NCBI GenBank assembly: GCA_003344405.1
Contig: NOWV01000139.1
Coordinates: 124,001 to 188,000 of the forward strand
Direction: 5' to 3'
DNA from: Trichoplax sp. H2
Lineage: Eukaryota
Length of the DNA stretch: 64,000 nucleotides
The position numbers were made by a program, and so were the translations under genes. The notes beneath the pieces are model-generated. The model did not search any database. It saw only the letters and a list, made by a program, of their open reading frames with translations, and was not told the origin of the DNA. Shown here one piece after another: positions 53,501-64,000 of the stretch; within the stretch, counting starts at the first letter, position 1, and every line of letters starts with the position of its first letter.

Positions 53501-56500
53501 CATTTTTGTCCTCTATTCTGTATTAGCTATCATTGATCCTTTATCAGTTTCTTATGGGCTTGTTTATTGATTTATTGTCACTATTGCGTGCTTTAATCCA
53601 GTATAGATTATTTCTAACTTACTGACCTTATAAGATGCATCGTAGTAATTGATTGATTATGTTGTAGGTATCCATCAAAGATAAAGGATGTTGACGAGAA
53701 AAACCAAGAAGTATTAATTCATTTCGAAGGATGGAGCAGTAGATTTGATGAATGGATTGATTTAAAAAGTTCCAGATTACGTCCCACTGTCAGGACATCT
53801 AGTAGGAAAACTTCATCTACCGCAAGTCCTATCCTGAAGGTATGCATGAAACCGAATAGTAGTAAACTGTAATTCATGTTATTTTGTTAAAATTATCTCA
53901 TAGCGAATGCTAATATCATAGGAATGGCAATGTGGGGAACATGTTTTAGCGCGTTGGTCTGATTGTAGATATTATTCTGGAAAAATCTTAGCAAGGAAGC
54001 AGAATGGTATACACTGAGTTTTTTGGGATTGATATATATATATATATATATTTTCATAAAAATCTTTGATTCCATACATCTTATTAAAGAACCTTCTTCT
54101 GCTTCTTGATTGTTGCACATTAGGATTGTATGAGGTGCTCTTTGATGACGGATATAAAAAGCTTTGTTTGCCAGCTACCATTAAAGAAGACCCACGAAAG
54201 GTAATAATATTATAGGATCAGTGACTAAATCCTAGATAAAAAGTTAACTTATACTATGGAGTACTATGAATGGTTCTTACTTCATTATACGATTTAGTGT
54301 CTCAGCAGTTAATTAGAACAGACTAAAATGTACGTCTATAAACATGCAAAACAAACTTCACTTTATCGATGTTACAAATAAAGGCTGAGTTTGTACATTT
54401 TTCATCTATATTTGTTCTCCAACTTGATTGCGCTGAGTTATTCTTACTCACGATTATAGCCTAAGGTCTCGACAAATAGCACAAAAGTAGATAGAAATTC
54501 ACCAGGATTTGCATCTCGTAATCCTAAATCTTCACGAAGTAGCGCTCGTAGAATGCAATCTCAACGACTGTCTGATGCATCTTCAATCGGACCATATAGT
54601 ATCGATGCAACATCTGAAAGTGAAACTAGTGATGCAACTGATAGCTCGCGTGAGAACAAAAAGACCTTAAGCGCAACGAATTTTATTCACGCCATGGCTA
54701 GAAACCGTGCTACATTGAAATGTGGTAATTTGCGAAAGCATAGTAGCGGCAAGCAGAATGGTCGACCCTTGACAACATCTGCTGGCAGTACAAATTCTAA
54801 TTTGATCTCACCTAGGACTCGTACGTCAGGCTAACCAGTAACTCTGTACAAATGTGTTGTTGAAAAACTCTAGGATATTTTAAAGTGTAACTTGGAGCTA
54901 AATATTTATATTATAGGAAGCAAGAAGCTGGGTATTGACGAAATAGCTTCGAAATTAATAAAACTAGCTAAAACAAGAAAAGACCAAAACCGTAAGTTAT
55001 TGGCATCGACATTATCACTATTATTACTAATCTTAATTTCGTAACTTTCTTTTTCCTTTATACAGATTTGGTGTATGGGCCAGAGTCGAACAAACGCAAT
55101 GGTTAGTTTTGTAGCGTACAATTTTAAAAGTTGATATTCCGGGTAATTTATTTCTGTTTATATTTTTATAGGTGAAAGTAATTCTCTTGGTGAAATTAAT
55201 GGAATTTCCGTGACGAAAAGTAAATTCTGAATGAACAGTCTATCCTAAATGTGTATGAGGATCTTATTGTTATTGCTATCCATTTTTATTTGAATAAAGG
55301 ACCTTTAGCTGAACTGAAGCAGATAAACGCAATAGATAACCGAAACAGTGCAAGTAGTCGACGTTTAAGTTTAAGGCATGATAAAAATGTAAGACTACTG
55401 TAATTTTACCATTATGTATAACTGCCTAGATATTTGGTATTGAATAATTTCGTCCCAATAGCAGAAATCGCAACATCAAAAACGTGATCATAAAGAAGAA
55501 ATCGAAAAAGAGCCTATAAGCACTTTGTGCAAGTGTCCTTTTCCAGGATGCGGGAAAACATTCCGGAAAACAGCTAATTTAGAATCACATCATAGACATT
55601 ACCACGATACGAAGCGGAAGGAAGATAGATCATCAAAACTTAAATTGGGTTGGTTCTCTAGATGTTGTGATATTGGAATGAATTACAATGTGTTGGGATT
55701 GATTTACGATCGTAAAACCTTGTTATGATTAGCGTCAACGAATAGAAAACGATCTGTATCTACTACTGACGTAGAACTCTCCAGGCAGAGAATTAAGCGC
55801 CGCAGAACTAGCGTTCCTCCGCGTAGCAGTTTGGCAAACCATGGTAATTATAAATAATAGTTAAAATTACGCTATTTTGATAAGTAGTGTTGCATTAGCC
55901 AAGATATTCCTAAATCTTTATCTGAATTTTCTTTGATAACATTCAATCTTTTATTTAGACTCAAATATTAAAAATTCAAAACACGCGAGTGATGATGACA
56001 GTAACTCAGATCAAGATATTGTTCGATGCTTATGCGGAAAGAATGAGGAAATGGGTCTGATGTTACAGGTCAGAATTCATTTACTGCTTATAGTAACGTT
56101 ATTTCATAATTGATGGTTGATTGTATTTCGATAATCTTTACAGTGTGAAAAGTGTTTGACTTGGCAGCATACTGAATGCATCGAAGTTGATAGCGATAAC
56201 ATTCCCGTGAACTACCTCTGCTATCTTTGCCTATGCCCTCCAGGTATTGCTTATGAGAAAGAGCATTGTAGTTTGCTCAAACTTGCTTTATAATATTACA
56301 AACTTTGATAATGCCTATATGTTTACTTTCTAACGGTTATTGGTAACCTGATTCAACAACAGGTCAGAGGCAAAGAAGTAAATTTAAGGTTTGTGTTTCT
56401 TTATCGCACTACTTACTTACTTTATTCACAGTAATGTACTTAATGGTGAGGTTGAGATTGACAGAACGCATTGTTTTCCTCTTGGATTTTACAGTATCAC

Positions 56501-57889
56501 AGTAACTGGCAGAAAAGCGGTGTTTTAGCCTCTTTACTTACCGAGCAAAGTAGTGAAAATGTTAAAGCTAGATCACAATTATTACGTCGTTGCGGGAGCC
56601 TTATTGCTGATATGAATGAGATATCGTCAGTTATGCACGGGTTATGGATGAAAGTTAATATGTTTTCAAGGTATTGTATGAATTCACGATATTGATTAAT
56701 TGTAAAAACACTTTTATGAGCTGTCGTAACAGTTTTATTTATTCTTTCATTTACAGTAAGGATAATCATATCGATCTTGAAGATTTTGTAAAGTGCTTAA
56801 ATGTCCGACTTCCATCAGCAATCCGACGTGATGATGAAAAGCTCAAAATTCCTATTGATTCGAATAGTAAGTCAAGTAATGATTGCAGCAAAGATACAAT
56901 CCCGAAAGAAACTCAACAGAACACAATTAAGATGAAAGGTTTTCAGAAAAGCGACTGTAATGTCGATTGCAAGGAACGCACTCCAATTAATAATTGCGTA
57001 TTTAGTACGAATCACAATGTAGTGGATTTGAAATCACCTGATCGTGATCCTGCAATCAACGCAGTCCACGATTCCAACAATCATTCATCGGATATATGTA
57101 AAAGTTCAAATGATCCTAGCTTAAACGGATATTCTAGCCCTCCAAATGATGCTATCGGTAGTAAAATTATTAATGGTTCAGGTGAACAATTAATTGGAAA
57201 TGATTCACTGTTTGCTGATGCTGAAACATGGTTATCTCATTCCGAAGGCAGCTTGTCTTCACTTTTATCTGATCGATTACGCTTATTGATGGACATTAAT
57301 GCGGCTCAAAACCAAGTGAATAACAGTTTCGATATCATAGAAGCAAGATTACACGGTAGCCTGATATAAACTAAATATTAACTTCTATTAATATAACGCT
57401 ATTTTAATTTTCGAATATTTGTAGCAAGTATAGTAATTTTTATAATGTACAGTATAATGGGTATACCCGTATTTAGTACCCTTAACTACAGAAATGATAA
57501 AAATTTAAATGAAATTTAACCACGTTTTATTTGTATTGAAGATATAGAGAGTTCTTCTGAAGATACCGTAACTTCCATTGTTGATCGTACCTTTAAAGCA
57601 GGCAAATCATTGTCGTCATGCAACAATCTTGACAGTCCGATATTAAGTACTAATGCAGGTAACCGTTAAGGAATGATTTAACTGTTACATACTGTATATA
57701 TGATCCTAATTTAATTACAATTTGCTAGATTGTATCAGGACGGTTGTTATAGATGAAAATAAAGCCAGAAGAGCGAGACAAAACAAATGTTTTCGTGACT
57801 GTAGATGGCTTAAATTTAGGAAAACCATTCAAGATCTGCAGTGGTTGAAGTTGTTAGCTGCCATTGTTAATGAACCGTTCAAGGAATAG
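50595..57889 (+). CDS. PHF20: PHF20/PHF20L1-like chromatin reader (tandem Tudor, C2H2 finger, PHD finger)
   Basis: Probable exon 1 is 50595-50618 (MAKANRSS|gtgagt, phase 0). Tudor 1 spans 52711-52790 + 53668-53839 (LEVGTRVEAKDYCGKWYPSKI...HFEGWSSRFDEW); Tudor 2 spans 53922-54006 + 54124-54200 (VLARWSDCRYY...VLFDDG). C2H2 CPFPGCGKTFRKTANLESHHRHYH at ~55534; PHD [28 protein letters not shown]...YLCYLC at ~56021-56230; stop at 57887-57889. Confidence 0.88.
51598..51800. repeat. CAGTA/TACTG cluster inside PHF20 intron 1
   Basis: tacagtacagtac, tactgtacggtactgta and tactgtacagtgtacagta units. Confidence 0.8.
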
Positions 57890-58522
57890 CCGAAATAAAG
57901 TTGAATTCGCATGCAATACCTATGCCAGTTATACGATCTGAAGGATTATAATTTTACTAAAAGTCTTAGGATGTATACGTTTCATAAATCATTTGTACAG
58001 TACCATATGATCACGAAGTCTTACAACTAATTATAGTGTATTCGACATAAGTACTTCTAAGTACGATGTAATTAAATTTGTATAATACTAGATTTTATGA
58101 CATCCGTTGTCAAATTGCTTAGCTAACGGGCTAATGATTTTAATTTAACGTTTTAGCTTTATTTATTTAAGCAATGTTGAATGTTAAGAACTAGCTAATA
58201 AACATGAATTATAAAGCATTAATTCGTGGTATGACCTATGCCTACATGTGCATTTTAGTGGTTTTATAGTAAGCAATTGATAAGTTAGCTCATATAAATT
58301 CGTTTGACAGGCAGTAAAGTAATACTAAAGTTATGTAACAATCTGCAAACATTGAAGATGCTGCATTAAAATAGTGATACGGTTTTATGGAATAATTGTG
58401 CACAGCAAAGATATTTAAGTAATATGACGATGTAAAAACAATATGAAGTGTAATATTCATAGCTTAAGGTAGCAAATAAAATCTTAAAGTTACGGAAACA
58501 ATATACAACTATTTAGACCTAA

Positions 58523-61500
58523 TTACCACAAACCACTAGTGCTTTGTGTCAGTTCACTGTAGGTTATTGATGGCTTTGATTTGTCATAGGATTCTTCGTG
58601 ATCATCAATAGCCCAGTTTTGCAGATTTCCGGTAGCGAAGATTAAATAAAAGGCCATACCAAAGAGGTACATAGCAGCGGAGATATAAAATACAACTTGC
58701 CATTGCTGTCGTGTATGCTGAATCAAGAAAATGAAAGTGCATTGTGATGAAATAATGTGCTGTAAGCGGATAGGGTCTTAGAATCAGAGTTGTTGACAAC
58801 GTGATGCTACTATATTTAAAAGTGTCCATATGAGTGCACTCTCGCAATATTCCATGATAATTAATGGATATACAAGCAGTTTATTCCATCAAATGTGCAT
58901 TAAAATCAGTAAATGGTGTAAGCTGTACGAAAGACTTACCGATACATCGACAATAATCCCTACTATAAACGGACTGATAATACCAGGCAATGTAGCAAAG
59001 CAATTCGTTATTCCCATGAGAACACCGGCATATTGAGGTGCAATGTCTAGATGATTTACGCGGAATCCTCCCGAGCTACCAAATGCTCGACCAGCGACTG
59101 CAACACACATACTGGCTATGGTTAAATTAATTTGTTGACAACCAGTATAGCTCGCTAAAATTAGAAAAATTCCAGGGATTGACAGTCCTACGAATTATAA
59201 AATGAAGATTGATAAAGTGAACAGAGTTTGATGCTGCAATTATATATTTTCGCATAAACAGTTGCACAGTAAAAAGCAGTACATAAAATAAGCAATTAAG
59301 GCAATAAAATTTTGAAAAATTATGTTCATCCCGAATCATTCCAGTTGTGGTTAATACTAGCTTTCATGTAAGTATACGAACCAAGAGTGTTAAATATCTT
59401 TCGCACCGCTGTTACGGAAAGTACACCATTTTTACCAAGCTTATCAGCAAAATACGCCGCAATCGTGTTGATAACCACTAAGACTACGTAAGGAATGGCG
59501 GAAAGTAATCCATTCTAATGCAGTCAATTTGAGTCTTAATTTAGTTAAGACAATGATAATCATTTAAGCTTGAGAAATTAATGAGTTTCATCTTTAGTTA
59601 TCGTTAATAAATAATCCATGAATAAATATCCAGCATTATTGTTGCTACAATTCAACTTTCGACACATTAAGTAATCAAATTAATACTCACTCGTTTAAGA
59701 TCAAAGTTTAAAACCTCTTTGAAGTAAGTAGGTAAACATAACAGTAAAGTATAAGTGCCCCAATTATTGCAAAAGTGCGCTACCGCTATTGCATATACGG
59801 GTAGAGAAGTTGCTATTTTTTTCCAAGGAACGGATTTCGGCTGAAATAATATCAATTACGCTATTAAAATTTAAAAGATTATCAAATCTAAGGATTTACT
59901 ATTGCAGAAAAATATATATTGATTCATTTAGAAACGTTCATATATTAGCTCTAGCATGCAATAATTTTACAGTTATCATGTCATAACTCAAAATTGCGAT
60001 AAGTATCGTTAAATATCGTATGTCAACAGATAAGTAATGCTACAAACGAAATCAGATAATTTTAAATTTCATACCTTTTTCTGAGACAGAGACAGGCCAA
60101 TGGCATCGTGAATGAAAGTCAGCTCTTCCGATGAAATGTAAGGATGCTCGGATGGTGAATCGAATACTAGCAACATCCAGGCTACAAACCATGCTAAACC
60201 GATTCCACCATATATGTAAAAAGTTATTGTCCAACCAAATCGAGCACAGAGGTATCCAGATAAGACTAAGGTAGTTGCCATACCGAAATAAACACCTAAA
60301 GAGAGTAAAATCAAAAATAGACCAGTATCGGTTGGAACACGACTGTTGCTTACAGTCCTACCTGAATACGTAAACGAAGTTAATTTGCTTCTCTCAAATG
60401 GTGGAGCCCAGCGCGCCCAGATAGCGTGCATAGCAGGCAGTCGTACTCCCTGCATAATTAAATATTTATTCATTCTATTCTACATTATCTCCATTTGATT
60501 ATATCTCCTCCATAATATAGAATAAACAAAATACTCAATCCTAAACACATCGTTAAATGTTCTTACCTCTAATATGCCTTGAATTATTTGAGAGGCTATC
60601 ATGAGGCCAACGCTATGACGCACTACGATAGGAGTTAGTATGTTCAAAATTGATGTACCAAGCATAGAATAACCGGATAAACGTTTGCCGCCCCATTTTT
60701 CCGCTAACCATCCACCTGGCACTTGCGTTATGATAAATCCATAGAAAAATGACCCTAATATAATGCCTTATTAGGCAAGTTATAGTAGAATAAAGCAAAA
60801 CCGACACTGTTAATATTTACTGGTACTGTACAGTACAGTACAAGATAACTATTTTATCTTAAAGATTTCTACAGTACTGTATATGTGAATGAATTTTTTT
60901 AAAATTGCGTCGGATTGAGTTATTAGTAACGCAGTTCGTATAGTCTCTTACTTGTAAATTTGAAAATTGAGATGTCGATATATCGCATAGCAATAAAAGT
61001 TAGCTTTACAATAATTAATCGTTTACAACTTACTAGCCAGATCACCAGCAAATAAATCGTTTAAAAATAATGTTAACATGATAAAGTATTGATACTTATC
61101 TCTTAAATGCAACATTGGTCGACGAATTTCGATACAGCACGCATAATGAATTTGATTTTAAACTACTTTTATAAAACTCTTGGAGTCACAACGTCATCAG
61201 CGTTAACTAAGAATACTAACCTCGTAATTTGTGATCCCAGTCGAATTCCCCGATTAACTGAGGAACAATGTGGTTAGGTTAGTACAAAATTAATCACAAT
61301 TCAAATAGCAATTGAAAGGTACAGTACTGTAGCTAGATTGAATATCAAAATTGATAAAAGGGATGCATGATCACATTCAGCTAGAACTACTCGATTGTAG
61401 AATCGTTGGGAGAATTCTATTACTCCATATGTAATATTATTCAACAGAATAAACTTCAATTTCTAAGCTTACCTGTGTTCCAGTGATATTGTACTTTGGG

Positions 61501-61748
61501 CACTCGACCGCCGAACTATTGTAGCTAGTGTCCACAGTGGTATTGGTCATTGCGACCATTACGATACTCAAATTAGCTCGTAAAGCAATATGGCAATAGA
61601 AACCTAGGAATCCCATTAAAGCTAGCACGTATCGTGTTGGCAAACAACGACACTGAGAACAAATTGTATATACACAATTGGTCGATTCCATTGTTACACG
61701 ATTATGTTGACCGCCTAAAAGCGGTTGATTTTCATCCATTCTCACCAT
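58523..61748 (-). CDS. SLC17A5: SLC17 family organic anion transporter (sialin/VGLUT-like)
   Basis: Exons ~61748-61473, ~61258-61222, ~60766-60567, 60449-60362, 60295-60075, ~59840-59691, 59514-59382, ~59187-58940, 58717-58523. Motifs RYVLALMGFLGF..ALRANLS, LGSFFYG...QVPGGWLA, PAMHAIWARWAPPFERSKL, VPWKKIATSLPVYAI, NHLDIAPQYAGVLMGITN. Exact orthology is not resolved. Confidence 0.9.
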
Positions 61749-64000
61749 CTTTGGATCGGATTTTGGATTCCAGTATACTTTTTGAAACGCTTTGGTTATT
61801 CTACTACTGAATCAACACAAAAATACACGCATATAGTAGCACTTGTAAGGATCATCGTTGTGAAAAATTTTTTAATCAGGCTACATGTACTGTACAAGTA
61901 TGTTATCGCTTTTCAGAATCTTCATTCAAACTACTGTAATACGAGAAACTATAAATGTCTTAACCGAAACAATGCTTGACACGCGATAATGACATTTCTT
62001 CAAAATTGCTGTAATAGCTACAAATATTGTAATATCTATTTATTTATTAACCAATAAGTACTATAATAATCTATAATCAATATATATAATCAAGTGAAAT
62101 ATTGTAACGCACTTTGGAAATAGTTCAGCAAAACCTACCGACAACAAGCAGTCTTCAGTAATGATAATAATCTTTAATCTTTACACTGTCAATGCAGTGC
62201 GGCGTTTCAACTTGTGAATAAACTAGGCGTTAATTGAATCCTAATCCTGTACTGTATAATAACTATAAATTGAAAAGTATCCTGTAGTACACTATAATGT
62301 AACTGTAAGTAAACGAATGTTGTCAATCTTGAACAAAGACTCTTTTAAATCATAAATTGCAATTTCATCGTAAAAACAGCACCCTATCAACATCAGTTCC
62401 GCCACCATTGAAGTACAGTTTATATCCTACGGGATATTTTTATGCTTTAGCAGAGGCTGCTACATAGTAGTGGTTCGAGTATTTTGCCGAGCTGTATCTG
62501 TCCTATCTGCTACGTAACCGATCATCGATTGATAACTGAGTTGCGAGATACGGTAATAGCGATGAAAAGCAAACATTGATAACATTACATTTTCATCTAC
62601 AGAACAGTACTATATACTAGATGGACTACTAGATAAAATCCTGTGAGGCTATCAGTAGCGAATCACCTCGCTAATAAAATGCCAATAAGGTATTTAAAAA
62701 TTTTTGATAACTCCTATGATAACATTCTTTGTATTGTACCGCAGTTAGCTACTGCCAATACAGTCGAATATGAAATAACATAGGAAGTTTGTTCTTACGA
62801 TAATGTAAATAGAGAAAGAAACGTGATTATCAATCAGTGCATTAGGAAGAACGATGCTGATAATGCGGTCCGTTTCTTTCTTTGATAGAGCTGAGAAAAT
62901 TCCAATTTTTTTTCCTCGAGTGCAGTAATCCCTCGTTTATCCCGTTCAAATTTTAGCCAATTAACTGCGTATGAATTCCACCTCATCTTTTCCTGCCATG
63001 CTGTCATTTACTGTTAATTAATTTAATTTAGTTTAATCTTAATCCTTAACTTACAGTTAATACTGTATAATCTTTAATCTTTCATCAATATGCCCAACGT
63101 CAAGTCCCTGAATATCAGTCATACTACTGCACCATAGCTTAACAGACATAACCAGGCAACCATAGGTAAACTAGCTCGTTTTCGTTAGAAGTCTTAAGAA
63201 GAGTTAACAGAAAAAATACTGTATCCATTGATATCTCCTAACTTCGCAGATCGATAAGCTAAGAGTAATAATTGTTGCACTATTCGTCAGAAAGGATACC
63301 CTATTAACTTAATACTACAAAACTTTTCTTCATCCATTCTGACTATCATGATCTGATTCAGTCTGGTTCAGTACATTTCCTAAACTTAACGGAGAAGTAC
63401 ATAAACCGCAGGTTCAGCTAGTCAGCCCATAGGAACAAACTGAAAGAAAGAAAAATCTCTTGCCATAGTCCACACTCAATCAAAACTCGTACACTGAAAG
63501 AAAAATAAGGACTATCGGTAGTGGTGAGTACCCTACTGTACTTGTACAGTACATTAGACATAACAATATATTATACAGTTTGAGAATTAAATCGAGACGT
63601 ATTCCTAGCAAATTCATTCAGTATTTTCTTTGCAATTCTTTATTAGCAATAGAGTTCAGTTTATTCTTGACTCCCGTCACATGGTCAGCCCGACACATGG
63701 ACAAAATGATTACATAATGCTTCTAACAGTACCCACTACAGGATGCTGTACGCGGATGTAGTTATGATTTTTAAAAGGTATTCCTTCATAAAGAAATGTC
63801 TTCATATTGGCGTTGATTACCTGCCAGTACTGTAATTATAATTAATCTGCATTCCTTCTTCGGACGTACTTTCAATGTCACAATAGCACAATAATTCACA
63901 GGAAGTAAGGTTAGCGAATCCACAGTAATATCCGACTCCTGCTATTTTTATAGACTTTTATAGTATTTTCGTACTGTTGATACTATGAGAGGATAAATTC

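Noticed and set aside
54821-54835. Possible GC-AG donor in PHF20
   Set aside because: A canonical gtacgt donor in the same phase exists at 54821.

Overview
This is AT-rich, intron-dense eukaryotic (animal) DNA. Compact GT-AG gene models and abundant CAGTA/TACTG arrays suggest a placozoan (Trichoplax-like) genome; that is an inference, not verified. Manual splicing supports 11 protein-coding genes: two tandem SLC35F3/F4-like transporters (-), TPD52-like (+), RPN2 (-), NAPRT (+), NKAIN (+), SF3B6 (-), HMGCL (+), KGA-type glutaminase (-), PHF20/PHF20L1-like (+) and a sialin-like SLC17 (-). RPN2 introns host RNA genes: a U17/snR30 (SNORA73) homologue, a canonical H/ACA snoRNA whose pocket matches the 18S site equivalent to yeast Psi1290/human Psi1347, and two weaker structured-RNA candidates. 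Three head-to-head gene pairs share 0.9-1.2 kb promoters filled with self-complementary CAGTA/TACTG arrays. Smaller arrays in first introns sit beside structured-RNA candidates. The glutaminase has Ser at the catalytic Tyr466-equivalent and no mitochondrial presequence. The SLC17 has relocated cavity arginines. The RPN2 3' triplication around two 20-N gaps looks like an assembly/haplotype artefact. Exon coordinates were read by eye and may be off by a few bases.
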